Below, one piece after another: positions 12,759 to 29,222 of a stretch of 64,000 nucleotides of DNA. Position numbers and translations under genes: made by a program. The notes below the pieces were generated by a model that was given only the letters and a program-made list of their open reading frames with translations, was not told the DNA's origin and did not search any database. Position 1 is the stretch's first letter, and each line of letters opens with the position of its first letter. Location of the stretch: NCBI RefSeq assembly GCF_009914755.1, contig NC_060947.1, one strand, 5' to 3'. This stretch comes from the human T2T-CHM13v2.0 reference genome, Homo sapiens.

Positions 12759-13114
12759 CTCAAATCCAGCCTGCATTTTCTTTACGCCCACTGCTACTAG
12801 AAAAAACATCTGGCAGATTTGGAATATGAATAACATCAGAGATAACCAGAGAAAATCTGCTGGCCATAACGAGTTGAGGACAAGCTATAAATTGTAAGTT
12901 TGTGTCAATTTTCATTTCCTAAAGGCAGCTTTTATAAAAGGCATTATTTCATCCCATTAAGAGCTTGGGCTGACATATGAATGCATCCCATAAATTCTTT
13001 ACCATAATTTGACCCCATTTTGATTATTTATAGCCACAAACATTTCTTGAGCAGAATTTCAGAACTTTATTTGGAAAGACAAATTCTGATATAAATTGAA
13101 ATTCACTGAAACAT

Positions 13115-14152
13115 TCATATATATACACATACATACATACATACATACACATATATATACTGTTTAATATGGATACTCTTTTTATATATGCTGTTTTACC
13201 TATATATATAATCCTACAGTTCCATGTTGTGTGTGTGTGTGTGGAGAGAGAGAGCATGGCGCATGTATATGTGTGTGTATATATGTGTGTATAAATAGTA
13301 CATATAAGTGTGTTTATATTGTACATATATGTTTGTGTACATGTGTGTACATATAGTGCATATACATATATGTATATATGATACATATGTGTATATGTGT
13401 GTCATATATAGTATGTACATCTATATATGTGTGTTATATGGTACAAATATACTTGTATGTGTATGTGTGTGTGCATATATAGTGCATATGTATGTGTATA
13501 TGTATATATAAAGTAATATATGTGTGCATATATAGTGCATATGTATGTGTGTATGTATATATAAAGTAATATATATGGGTGTATGTGTGTGTGCATATGT
13601 ACACAGCATATGTGCATATATACACACACATAGACATATGCAAACACACACATACGCCCATGTATATTACTTTATATATATACACATACATATGCATATA
13701 TACACAGTATAACTATATATATGTCATATATAACAGTATATACATGTCTGTATATGTGTATATAGCATATGTATGTATATATTAGTACATGTGTGTATAT
13801 AAAGTACATATATGGTACATAAGTGTGTGTGCTTATATAGACTACATTATATGTGTATATATGGGTATGTATAAAGTACTTGTGTATATATGTGTTTATA
13901 TATAAAGTACATATGTGTGTATAGCACATATATGTATATATGCACATATAGTACACATGTGTATATATCAGTACATATGTGTGTATACATACAATACATA
14001 TATGTGTGCATATGTATATGTGTATGTATAAAGTACTTATATATGTGTATATGTGTGTGTATATATTGTACCTATGTGTGTGTATATGCCTGTGTGTATA
14101 CATGGTACATATATGTGTATATATTGATATATGTATATGTGTGGGGTGCATA
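13115..14152. repeat. About 1-kb compound (TA)/(TG)/(CA) low-complexity array
   Basis: Alternating purine-pyrimidine sequence throughout. Confidence 0.95.
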
Positions 14153-15344
14153 TAAACAAAATATCAACAGTATGGAATATTACGGGGTAATAGACCTGGG
14201 TTTTGGTCCCATCTTTGATTTTGAGGCAAATTTTCGTATAGTCCATGACTAATAATAAAATACGCATGAAATGAAATAATTATTTTAATCCAGGGAGCAA
14301 CACAGTGTTCAGCTCATCACAAACCCACACATTTTCAGAGTTTAGGTTTTATCGAAGGCTAAAGTTGGGATCTGTTCACTAGTGTTTTATCTGCTTCCAC
14401 AATGTCTGATCCAAACTTCACATGCTTTCAGTGACTCAAGACAAGTAAAGGGACATAGGCCTGTCGGATTTCTGAGAGCCGAGCAGCCCCTCAGAGGCAC
14501 CCACTGGAAGACTGGATGGCCTGTGTCTCCTCAGGGCCTGACTCAGCAGGGCTGAAGACACTTCCCCTCTCTGATGTGTGATAAATTTAGCTAAGAGGTT
14601 GCTTCATTTTTGCTGTTCATGGAAGTGAAATCATGCTTATTTTTGGTTCCAGTTTCAATGAAATGTCATTTTCAATCAAGTTTCTAATTGAATTTTGTCT
14701 TGTTTTTTTGCTCCCCCGAGAAAAAGACCATGAAAGCCAGAATATATGTATGTGAAAATACATATATTCAAACCTAACCTCAAAAAATATAGTAAGAGCT
14801 GAGGTCACAAAGAAGAGAAAAAAAGTGTTTCTATTTTTCAGTATTTCAGAATCTAGTTGGAAAAAGTGGTGTTTATACAACCAATAAGGAATCAAAGTCT
14901 ATAAGGTCAGTAAGAGGGGTCATGAACAGACACCATGGGAGTGGAGAGGAGCGAGAGATGAATTCTGATTTAGGGAAATTAAGAGACATTTTAGGAGGAG
15001 CTTGTCCTAATTAAGGCTCTAAAGTCAGATAAAAAATTTACATAATAAAAAATAAACCAGAGACTCCTCAAACTGGAGGTGGCGGAAACAAAGAGCAGCA
15101 CAGAAAAGCGAGTCCCCGCACTAAGACAGAAGAGTGAAGACTGGGTGGCCAGCATGGTGGAGCTGAGGTGGGTAGGGGGACGATCAAATTGATGAGATGA
15201 ATGTCGGGTCAGAGCAGCTTTGTGGGACATCAAGGGAAGGCTCAGAGTTAGGGTGTGTTTCTATGTGGGAAGGTGTTGACTGGGTGTGCTGAGATGGGAG
15301 TTTCAGGTCATCTCCATGTTGTGGATGATGTAACAGATGTAGAG

Positions 15345-17022
<1,678 letters not shown>

Positions 17023-17127
17023 CTCCATTATTTTCTATGACTAGGCTATACATTGATTGGAGCTTTTATACATATTGATCTATACGTTGATAGTTGCGGA
17101 GATAATTGAACAAAGATGCAAAAAACT

Positions 17128-17398
17128 GTCCAGGTGCGGTGGCTCACACCTGTAATCCCAGCACTTTGGGAGGCTGATGGGGGAAGATCACTTGAGGTCA
17201 GGAGTTCGAGACCAACCTGGACAATATGGTGAAGCCCCATCTCTACTAAAAATACAAAAATTAGCCAGGCATGGTGGTGCACGCCTGTATTCCCAGCTAC
17301 CCAGGAGGGTGAGGCAGGAGAATCGTTTGAACCCGGGAGGTGAAATCGCACCACTGCACTCCAGCCTGGGTGACAGAGCAAGACTGTCTCAAAATAAA
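17128..17398 (+). mobile_element. AluS
   Basis: Sense Alu with small right-arm deletion; TSD aaagatgcaaaaaac / aaaggtgcaaagaac. Confidence 0.93.
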
Positions 17399-18461
17399 AG
17401 GTGCAAAGAACCAAGGAGATCTCCGGGGAGTACATTTCCTACAGGGGGAAATGTATGACCTTCCCTTTAATGGCCGAATTGTCTTCCACTTTAGGTTGAA
17501 GTCTTCAGAGTGTTCCTGTTTCCTTTCGCCTTTGAAATGGCAGTGTCTGGGATAGATGGTGTCCGACTTGCTATGCCAAATGGGGTAAGCATTATTTTTC
17601 AGGAGGGTAGATTAGGCAACTCTATTAAAGAGGCTGCACTGCATTCTGTAAATGGTATGAGGCTAAGAGGACATGTCCTTTGGGCACCATCCAAGCCGGA
17701 ATAGAAGCCAATTCCACCATCGCCTTCACTCTGGTCTTTCTTTCTCCTGCCTATTCAATAATCTCCCCAAGCTCTTCTTTTTCATAGAACTCAATTATTT
17801 TCCTTTGATGAACTTATACAAATTTGAAGTACAAATTTTCTATGGTTTTCTTAAACAAATCTCTCTTTTGCTGCTCTGTAAAATCCATAAGGTCTCTGTT
17901 GTTATGACCAGTGACCAGGAAAATTCTGGGCATGTGAAGACCTTTGGGTAGGCATCTGTTGAATGGGTGAATTGATGAATGAATGAATGAATGAATGATG
18001 TAATTAATTGCTAATAAGACCCAAGCACACAGTATCAATCATCTATAAAGCTGGCATATCAAAGCTTTGTTATATCCCAAAAGAGTTAACCCAGCACACA
18101 AGGAGGGAAACACAACATTTTATTTCATTTTATTTCACCTGTGCCAGTTATTCAGATAACCTCTAAAAACTGTTTAACATTCACAGTGTAGCCAAATAAA
18201 CAGATGCTGGTAAACTTAACTCCATAAACGGTTTCACTCAGGAGACAGAGGCACATTGTTTTATCAGAGTTTCAGGATACGCGTTGGGAATCACTGAATC
18301 CTAGAGCGGCCAAGGGCTGTGTGTCTCAGCCCTTTCAGATGTGGGGTGCTCTGTCTCTGGAGACCCCTGGCTTCCACAGTCCTGGGACTTGTAGCTGACT
18401 GAGCCTGGGCTGATTTCTCTGGTAGTTCTTCCTGGATGTGGCCCAATGACCCCTGTATAGA

Positions 18462-18992
18462 TGGATTAGTCAGGGTTTGCTGCAGAGACAGAACTAATAG
18501 GATAGATATACATATGAAAGGGAGTTTATTAAGGAGTATTGACTTACACAATCACAAAATGAAGTCCCACAACAGGTCTTCTGCAAGCTGAGGAGCAAGG
18601 AAACCAGTCTGAGTCCCAAAACCTCAGAAGTAGGGAAGCCAACAGTGCAGCTGTCTGTCTGTGGCCGAAGGCCCGAGAGGCTCTGGCAAACCACTGGTGT
18701 AAGTCCAAGAACTTGGAGTCTGATGTTCGAGGGCAGGAAGCATCCAGCACAGGAGAAAGATAAAGGCCAGAAGACTAAGCAAGTCTGCTTTTCCATCTTC
18801 TCCTACCTGCTTTATCCTACCTGTGCTGGCAGCTGATGAGACAGTGCCCACTTAGACTGAGGGTGGGTCTGCCTCTCCCAGTTCACTGACTCAAATGTTC
18901 ACCTCCTTTGGCAACACCCTCACAGGCACACCCAGGAACAGTACTTTGCATCCTTCAATCAGTCCAGTTGACACTCAGTGTTAACCATCACA
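18462..18992 (-). mobile_element. MLT2A (ERVL) solo LTR
   Basis: gattagtcaggg...gacagaactaataggatag...gttgacactcagtgttaaccatcaca; TSD ataga/gtaga. Confidence 0.9.
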
Positions 18993-20237
18993 GTAGATTT
19001 TGTTTGTGCCCAAGTTCCTGAAGGCTGTGTGTATCCAGACCCGCACATAGATCAGCAGGATACTTGACGATCTCAACTGGATAATGGAATCTTTTCACGC
19101 CTCCTCCACTTTCTTTGGAAACCCATTTTTAAGACACCTCAAATTCTTCTATTTGAAACACTTTTCTCAAAATCCCATCACCAACAGTGAAAAGGATTCT
19201 GGCACCAACAACACTGGAATTTGAATTGTTTGTGCTAAGTGGCTGTCTTTTTGGAATGTCCCCTCTCTTTAACCACTTCCCCTCTCTGTGGCTTTCTGTC
19301 TGCTTTCTTAAACCCTGGGTTTTGGAATTTGATCATTTTGCTCAGGACATCTGAGCAGTTTTCTTCTACGAAGAATCTGAGGATGAAAGGAGACCACAGA
19401 CTCCTCCAGAAGAAAGAAATAAGGCATTGCATTAATTCGTAAAACTGGTTTCAAAGACAAACTGGTATTTATAATCATCTCCGGTAGGGTTCATCTCCCA
19501 TCCCGCGTCCCATATAAAAATTAGTGAGACTGCCAAAATCCTTATCTTTCATGTTCCTTCTTTTCCTGTGAAAAAGACAAGTGCCAAATCTTGTTAACTC
19601 AGCACGATATATATGCCTCTTTTCTCCCTGGGACTTCGTGTGCCTACGTCCCTTCTGATTCAGGGATAAGAGATTCTGCTTTCAGGGTGAAGTGCAACTG
19701 AACGTGTTTTTGGTGTCTCGTGAGCAAAGCCCTAGTGAGCATGCTTTGTAAGGTGAAATATGCCTTTGATATATGACAGTGTTTATATGTATAGTTAAGC
19801 TTTTTCAGCTTTAACAAGTCTGAGAGTAGTCTTTGAGAAGTTTTAGGGGTTATATAATGAAGACAAAGAAGTTACTTTATGAAAGCCACGTACTAAAATA
19901 ATTCATGTTGGTTTGCATGAATTATTTATGTCTGGTGTGCATTGGAAATGCTTTCTTTTTCAGCGAGAATCAGTTTTCTTAGCCTTGGCTCCTCAGAAAA
20001 GAAGATCACTCCTTATGTTACAGTTCTGTGCCCATTGTAAGGTATTGCTGTGGCGTTTTACCGACTGAGGAGGGTCTCCCACGGGTCTGCGAAGCCTCTG
20101 AGTACTTTTCTGTGCTTTTTGCTTCCTCTGTGTCTACAAGGCATGTGTGCAAGTCTCCATCTTGTTGGAAGAATAATCCCCTTCCTCTCCCATGAGAGGT
20201 ATATGGAAGTTACTGTAGGAGCACACACACAGAGTGT

Positions 20238-20696
20238 TGTGTTTGAGTTTTCTGGGGCTGCTGTAGCAAAAGTGTCACAGACCGGGAGGCTTAAACAACA
20301 GAAATTTATTCTCTACCATTTCTGGGCACCAGAAATCTGAAATCAAGGTGTCTCCGGGTGGTGCTCCCTTTGGAGGCTCTAGGGGAGAATCCTTCCTGCC
20401 TCTCCCATTTCTGGGGGACTTCAGGCTTCCCTGGGCTTGTGGCCGCATCACTCCAGTCCTGCCTCCATCTCCATGAGGACTTCTCTTCTTTATCTGTGTC
20501 TCGTCTTCTGTCTCTTACAGGAACACCTGTCATTGGATTTAAGAGACCCCTCTAAATCTAGCCATAATCTCATCAATAGATTGTCAATTTAATTGCAGCT
20601 GCAAAAGTCCTATTTCCAAATAAGGTCCCATCCCTCTATACCTGGTGTTAGGATGTGGACATATATTTTGGGGGCCACTGTGCCACCCACTACCAT
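20238..20696 (-). mobile_element. MLT1B/C MaLR LTR
   Basis: ggcttaaacaacagaaatttattctc...ggaggctctaggggagaatccttcc...ctatttccaaataaggtc. Confidence 0.85.
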
Positions 20697-22393
20697 ATGG
20701 ACACTTCCTAACTGATGTCAGAATACATGCACTTCCCAATAGTTATATGCTGCCCGGTGCTTTGATGAACTGTTGACTTTTGGTTTGGAGAAAACCCACA
20801 TGTCTAGAGCTCTAGCTATTCCACAGAACTTAACTCTTACTGGGCTCTTTCCTTTTATGTTCTTGTAAGACATGCTTAAACTGCTTGAGTGTTATGGTTC
20901 ATGTTTCTTTTCTTTTTCTTGCAGTGTAAAGCCTGTTAATTCATGGCCAGTTCACCAAGAAGTATCAAATTCAATTATATGAACACTGCTTTTTCCCCAA
21001 ACAAATGCCCTTGTGTTAAAACCACACACAGCAATAGCAATGGCAACTGCAACAATTGCCCCCAGCTCTACTTAAATCACTTGCATCCCCCTATTACCAA
21101 TGTCAATCACCTATGGCCACTGGAAGGCTAAGGCAGCGCATGCATAGCTATTAATAAAAGTTTTTGCTAAGGATTGACACATTGGTAGTACCAGCTATGA
21201 GCTCACAGTACAACACAGTTCAAACAAAGACCATGGATCTAAATTTCAGAGCTTGAAAGAAGCAAATCTTTGCCCAGTTAACATTAGGAGTCTTAACTTT
21301 TTCCAAGGTAAGAAAGAGAGAAAAATTTTGGCTCATATGGACACTGTTCACTGGATGTACTATGTTCAGTGAGCAGATGTGTTTGTGTATGCATGAGCTT
21401 TGGTGGGGTTGTAATGTTACTTCTTAATAATAATTCTGCCCTCATCCGTTTCCTAGGAGACAGAAGAAAAATGAACCTTACACTTTTGCTGGAGCACAAC
21501 ATCTAGATTTAGTTGCCTTGGATGTGAAGGTTCTATGTCCTATTTATCCACACCTCTCAGCGGTGCCCAGAATGCCACTGGCATATCATGAATACATTGT
21601 CAACATCTGTTAAGTGAATGAATTGGTCAATGAATGAATGCATTTGGCGTCATGTAAATAAGATTCTTCAGGGCATCAGAAAGCTACCTTATAGAGTACC
21701 AAATTGGGCATTTGCTTTTAATTCATGTCAACCAAACATTTAAACATGTGCTTTGCCCAGAAATAGAGCATTTGAAACAGCTAAATATATGCCCTTTCCA
21801 AGTGTACTTACCTCAGCTGAGGACATGTTCAGATGTTACCTTTTTCTCCTTCTAGAGTTATTCTGGCTTGTCTTCAGGTTGTGTTAGTTGAGTTGGTGCA
21901 TTTATTGTCTTTGAATAAAATGTCGTGATTTATGTTCCCTGTCTGTCAGCCACAATTCTGCAGCACAGGAGATAAGAAGAATTCCCCATGTGTTTTCCAT
22001 AGCATTTCAACTTAATGCAAAGTTTTACATTAGCACATTCGTTTTCGCTGTCACAAACAGTCATTATATGAGCTTTTGTAGCGTTAATGTCATTTTATCT
22101 CAATTCTGGGAACATGCAAGGATAGGAATTTGGTATGTCACTGAAACTGAATACTCCCAAGTTGCCAACCAGAAGATTTCAGATCTACTTTGTTTTACTT
22201 TGCATTTACGTGGCTGTTCTCCCTACTTTTGTGTAAAATTACAATGACACTTGCTGCTTTCTTCTAATTTTATGGTTCTCTATATAGAAGTGTAGAAAGT
22301 TAAATGGCCTTCAGAATGAAAGTCTGTGTTTTATCCCTGGCCTAAATTACGGACTGCATGTTCCAATCCCTGGTCTAAGTCATGGAATGCACG

Positions 22394-22752
22394 TGATATG
22401 GTTTGGCAGTGTCCCCACCCAAATCTCACCTTGAATTGTAATAATTATCACGTGTCAAGGGTGGGGCCAGGTGGAGATAATTGAATCATGGGGGCAGTTT
22501 CCCTCATATTGTTCTCATAGTAGTGAGTAAGTCCTAAGAGATCTGATGGCTTTATAAATGGGAGCTCCCCTGCACAAGCCCTCTTGCCTGCCGCCATGTA
22601 AGAAAAAGACATGGCTTTGCTCCTCCTTGCCTTCTGTCATGATTGTGAGCCTCACCAGCCATGTGGAACTGTGAGTCAATTAACCTTTTTACTTTATAAA
22701 TGACCTAGTATCAGGAGTGTCTTTATTAGCAGCTTAAGAATGAACTAATACA
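22394..22752 (+). mobile_element. THE1 solo LTR
   Basis: tgatatggtttggcagtgtccccacccaaatctc...gaactaataca; TSD gcacg/gcaca. Confidence 0.92.
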
Positions 22753-23479
22753 GCACATCCTCCCCAAATCCATATGTGGAAGCCCTAATCCCCAATGGGA
22801 TGGTCTTAGTAGGTGGGGCCTGTGGGAGGTATGTAGGTTTAGATGAGATAATGAGGGTGGTGCCTGCTTGATGGGATTAGTGTCTTTATAAGAAGAGAAA
22901 GAGACTCAGAGCTCCCTCTCTCCTCCATGTGAAGGTACAGAGACATGGCACCATCTGCAGACCAGGAAGGAGGAAGGAGGCCCTCAGTAGACACCAGATC
23001 TGCCAGCATCTTCATCTTCCCAGGCTCCAGAACTTTGGGAAGTAACATTTGTTGCTCAAGCCACCCAGCTTAAGGCATTTTATTATAGGATCCTGAACTA
23101 AGACACCATGAATGTGACCTTCTATAGCATTAGGGTCTTTGTAGATGTAATTAAGCTAAAAGTCTTGAGATGAGGATGTCATCCTGGATTATTTGGGCAA
23201 ACCTACCTCTAATGCTATAACCAAATGCCATAAACTGGGTGGCTTAAATAAAATATGCACGAAGGGCAAGAGAGACAGAAGAAGAGGAGGTGATGTGAGC
23301 ATGGAGGTAGATGTTGGAGTGATGTGGCCACAAGACAGAACATCAAAAGGCACCAGAAGCCAGAAGCAAAGAATGGATTCACTCTTTGAGTTTCCAGAGA
23401 AGGTGTGTTGCTGCTCACACCTTCATTTTGGGCTTCTGGCTTCCAGAAGTTTGAGAGAACAAATTCTTGCTATCTTAAA

Positions 23480-23841
23480 ATTTTTTTTTTTTTTTCATTT
23501 CCATAGGTTTTGGGGGAACAGGTGGTATCTGGTTACATAAATTCTTTAGTGGTGATTTGTGAGATTTTGGTTCACCCATCACCAGAGCAATCCACTGAAT
23601 CCAATTTGTAATCTTTTATCCCTCACCCCCATCCTGCCCTTTCCAACAAGTTCCCAATGTCCATTGTATCATTCTTATGCCTTTGCATCTTCATAGCTTA
23701 GCTCCTACTTATGAATGAGAACATATGATGTTCAGTTTTCCACTCCTGAGTGACTTCATTTAGAATAATAGTCTCCATTCCCACCTAGGTTGCTGCAAAT
23801 GCCATTAATTTATTCATTTTTATGGCTGAGTAGTATTCCAT

Positions 23842-23882
<41 letters not shown>

Positions 23883-23940
23883 ATATATATCATAGTTCCT
23901 TTACCAACCTGTTGATTGATGGCATTTGGGATTATTCCAC
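23480..23940 (-). mobile_element. L1PB-type 3' end with an internal (TG)n
   Basis: ccataggttttgggggaacaggtggt...cttagctcctacttatgaatgagaacata. Confidence 0.85.
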
Positions 23941-24437
23941 AATCCACCCAGATTATAGTAATTTGTTACAACAGCCACAGAAAAATAACACAAGAGGTGT
24001 ATGCATATTTTAGGTTTTGTGGTTGTCATTCATTTTAATGACTGGAACAGACAATTGGTCAAAATCAATTTTAGTAATGTGATTGCCTTCCTAGAGTGTC
24101 ATTGAGCTGGATGTTGGAGAACTAATTATAATTTCTGTTCCACAATGACTGTTTTTACATTATGTTTAGCCATGATTTACTACAGGAATTTTATTCATTT
24201 TATTTCTCCATGGCAGCGTCACACTTCCCTAATAAATGTGACACCTTTTGCATGGTGACTATGTGGTATTAATGAAGCCAGTCTCCTCCTTACTCACCTG
24301 ATGTATAAATCTAATGTTAATCAAATGCCTGTTATTAGCCCAGCATTGGAACAGTCATCAGCAATGAAGCAATGAGAAAACCCAACGGGCTCCTGGGTTG
24401 ATTGAGGTAATCTTTCAGTAGAAATAAAGATTGAAAT

Positions 24438-25087
24438 TACATTCAATTCTCTGTATTTGTGATAGTTGTGTTCTATAAAGTCACCATAAACACTGAATTA
24501 GCAAGTTGTAAACTATTGCTCCCAGGGGAAATACAAGATTAGGATTCTATGATGTCTGGTCACAACATTTTCATCAACCAGTCAATACATAATCTTGTTT
24601 TATGCATGTTTCTGTTTAAGAAAAACTTTCTGAGTAGATATTTTTGACTCATTCACACTGAACTCATGTCCAGCAGCACCATGACTCATGCCTGAGTAAT
24701 GCTTCTCTAACACAGAGATTTTCTCTGTGAGGCACATTGCAGTCCTTTTGTACTAGGGACCCCAGACAGCACTTCAGCTCTGTTCTTCAGGCCATTTTAA
24801 ACAGCAAAATCACCAACAAAAAGCACAAACACGCAAAACACATGGTACTCAATGGACCACAATAATTCTACTTGTTTAAAGTATAAGAGCTGAAACAAGA
24901 AGGTAGGGCATGGCCTTGTTCCACTGTAGCTGGGAATGTGCACTTTGAGCAATTTATATTTTTTCCAGCTTTGTGTGTGTGTCTGCAAATGACTGCAAAA
25001 GTGCTGTATTGATTTCGAGATTACAAAGTTTTAGTGAGCAGGCAAGTTCAGAAAGACAAAATTTATAAATAAGGAAAATCAACTATA
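24438..25087. mobile_element. MER82 (TcMar-Tigger)
   Basis: gttctataaagtcaccataaacactgaattagc...gccattttaaacagcaaaatcacc; about 650 bp. Confidence 0.75.
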
Positions 25088-25732
25088 CTTAGAAAACAAA
25101 CAGAATATTCATAAATCTCAGGTCTGTAAACTTTTATAATTACACATGGCTAACTCTCCAGACCATTAGTCAACTCCATGCCTTCAAATTTTTGTTGTAT
25201 TTGGTTATTTTCTAATGAGCATTTTGGATGATAGCCATTGGACTAAGCATTTTTTTTTTAAAGCATGGTTTTTTTTGAGTTTACTCCATGCACACTTCTC
25301 TGAATAGTTGCTACTTTTGTGCAAACAACTGTAAAAACAAACAACAAAAATAAATAAAAGATGAGACTTAAGACGAATTGAGAAAGTTGCCCAAGCTTGA
25401 AAGTGGTTGCTCTGGAACTTGATCCCAGGCCAGACAAACACAAAGATTTATTAACAAAGTTATAGAGAGGTCAATGGCCTCTGCTTTTCCAAGTTCCCTT
25501 CTCCCCTAGACTCAGTTCTGCTTTCCCTTTTGGTTCTATCTTTTTGCTTTCCTTATCTCCTCCCATCCTCTCTGACCTCACTCTCATTTTCCTCCCTGGC
25601 CCCATCTCTATATGCTGAACGCCCACACATTGGAAGTCCCAGCTCAAAAGTCATTTTGTTCCTGAAACCTCACCAAGTTCCTTCAACTGAATTAACACCT
25701 CCTCTCCTTTTTCTTTCTATATGATTTATTCA

Positions 25733-26032
25733 CTTTTTTTTTTCTTTTTGAGACGGAATCTCACTCTGTCGCCTAGGCTGGAGTGCAGTGGTACAATCTC
25801 AGCTGACTGCAATCTCCACCTCCCGGATTCAAGCGGTTTTCCTGCCTCAGCCTCCTGAGTAGCTGGGACTAGAGGTGCGTGACACCACGCCCGGCTAATT
25901 TTTGTATTTTTAGTATAGATGGGGTTTCACCATGTTGGCCAGGATGGTCTCAATAATCTCGTGACCTCGTGATCCAACCGCCTCGGCCTCCCAAAGTGCT
26001 GGGATTACAGGTGTGAGCCACTGTGCCCAGCC
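25733..26032 (-). mobile_element. AluS, apparently inserted in the tail of the neighbouring Alu
   Basis: Antisense Alu directly abutting the next Alu's poly-T. Confidence 0.93.
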
Positions 26033-26324
26033 TTTTTTTTTTTTTTTTGGTGTCTCGCTTTGTTGCTCAGGCTGGAGTGTAGTGGCTGGATCTTGGCTCA
26101 TTGTAACCTCTGCCTCCTGGGCTCAAGTGATTCTCCTGCTCAGCCTCCTGAGTAGCTGGGACAACAGGCACGTGCCACCATGCCCGACCAAGTTTTGTAT
26201 TTTTAGTAGAGACGGGGTTTCACCATGTTAATGAGGCTGGTCTTGAACTCCTGACCTCAAGCGATCTGCCCACTTCAGCCTCCCAAAGTGCTGGGATTAC
26301 AGGTGTGAGCCACTGCACCCAGCC
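26033..26324 (-). mobile_element. AluS
   Basis: Antisense Alu dimer. Confidence 0.93.
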
Positions 26325-26349
26325 TCACTAATTTTTTATATTGTTCTTC

Positions 26350-26713
26350 TGCTATGGTGTGAATGTTTGTGTTCCTCCAAAATTTCTGTGTGAAAATCTT
26401 AACACCCAAGGTGATGGTGTTGGGAGGTGGAGCCTTTGAGAGATAATGAGGTCGTGAAGGTGTAGCCTCATGAATGGGATCAGTGCCCTTATAAAAGGGA
26501 CCCCAGAGAGCTCCCTTGCCCCTTCCACCGTGTGAGGACACAGCAAGAAAGCACCGTCTATGAATCAGGAAGCAGGTTATCACCAGATTATTGCATCTGA
26601 CACGCTTTGACCTTGGACTTCCAGCTCCCAGAACTGTGAGACATAAATGCCTGCTGTTGAGAAGCCTCGAGTCTATGGTGCTTTGTTATAGCAGCCCCAA
26701 TGAAAGAAGACAA
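26350..26713 (+). mobile_element. MSTD/MLT1A-type MaLR LTR
   Basis: tgctatggtgtgaatgtttgtg...ttggacttccagctcccagaactgtgag...gttatagcagcc. Confidence 0.82.
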
Positions 26714-27365
26714 CTTCCCAAACTCCCTTTGTTTCCATTACCTGTGTATCTTTGTCTACAGTAGCTTCATTTCCCTCCACAAAGTTTAGTCCGCGCAGGC
26801 AGTAACAGTGTTGTCTATATGTCTATAGCCTTGACATGCACAATGATGTGTTTTAAGTCAATACATATGTATTGGATTGATTTAAATGTAATGTGATAAA
26901 GACAGAAATACATAAGATGGGCTCAAAAATACTTAACTCCAGGTTGCACATGTGTGAAATCATCTAATACATGAGGAAGAAGAGTGTAATAATGCATCCT
27001 GTGAAGACACCAAGAAATGGCTGTTTTTTACCTGTGCAGAGACCAGGAAGCTGGCAAGAGTTTTTTGGCACTTGTGGAAAGCTAATTGGGTTTGAATCCT
27101 GCAGGCACATTTTCTAACTGGGTGACCAGTGGCTAGTACCAGACACTTAGGCTGAAAAACAGAGATAACAATGGACAGTTACCAATACTGATGGTGCAGA
27201 TTAAATACAAATACGTAGACCTCAAACTCCCAAGACTCCCATCTACATTCAGAGGGCTCCACCCACATTGGCCGATGCAATTGTTAGTAATATATCCAAG
27301 ACTTGCTTGCCTGGGATCACATATCTTAAAGCCTTCCCTTTGAGAAAGCGTGTTCCTTCGACTTA

Positions 27366-27825
<460 letters not shown>

Positions 27826-28019
27826 TCAGCTACAGTCTGCATCTCCTCTACTTTGATATAGGCACGTGGTTATTTTCTTCGCTTCTCATTGAACCAGCAG
27901 GAGGGACTTGAAATCATTTAGCCAGCCATCTTGCAAGCGACTTTAGAGTAAAATGTATGCATTGACGTATGTCTACCGTTACCCTGAGAGGAGGAAATAA
28001 CCATTTTTTTGGTACTGTA

Positions 28020-28578
28020 TGTTTTAAAAATTGTGTGAAAATACACCTAACACAAAAGTTATCACCTTCACCATTTTTAAGTGTACCCTGAAGTAGTGTT
28101 AAATACATTCACATTATTGTGCAACCGTCACCATCCATCTTCAGAACTCGTTTTCGTCTTGCAAAAATAAAACTTTCTACCCATATGTGCCATTTGTTTT
28201 AAAATTAGTGTTTGGTGCACCCATCACCCAAGCAGTATACACTGTATCCAATTTGTGATCTTTCATCCCTCACCCCTTCCCACCCTTTCCCTCAGTCCCC
28301 AAAGTCCACTGTATCATTCTTATGCCTTTGCATCCTCATAGCTTAGCTCCCACTTATGACTGAGAACATACAATGTTTGGTTTTCCATTCCTGAGTTACT
28401 TCACTTAGAATAATGGTCTCCAGTTCCATCCAGGTTGCTGCAAATGACATTATTTTGTTCCTTTTTATGGGTGAGTAGTATTGCTGAGTAGTATTCCATA
28501 TATATCTCACATTTCCTTTATCCATTCATTGTTTGATGGGTATTTAGGCTGCTTTCATAGTTTGCAATTGTAAATATA
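28020..28578 (-). mobile_element. Two L1 3' fragments (L1MB-like 28020-28185; L1PB/MA-like 28205-28578)
   Basis: acattattgtgcaaccgtcacc; cttagctcccacttatgactgagaacatac. Confidence 0.78.
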
Positions 28579-28599
28579 CACTCATTTTCAGGTGCTTAA

Positions 28600-29222
<623 letters not shown>

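Larger units (their letters stand above)
22345..23992 (+). mobile_element. Nested MaLR stack: MLT1C-like host containing an MLT1A-like LTR (about 22380-23105) and an L1 3' end
   Basis: Host pieces gtctttgtagatgtaattaag...gagatgagg and ccacccagattatagtaatttgttacaacagcc; inner gaagccctaatccccaat...gaactaagaca. Confidence 0.7.

Noticed and set aside
13024-14267. Many overlapping Y/I/H/T/C-rich ORFs
   Set aside because: Translations of the dinucleotide array
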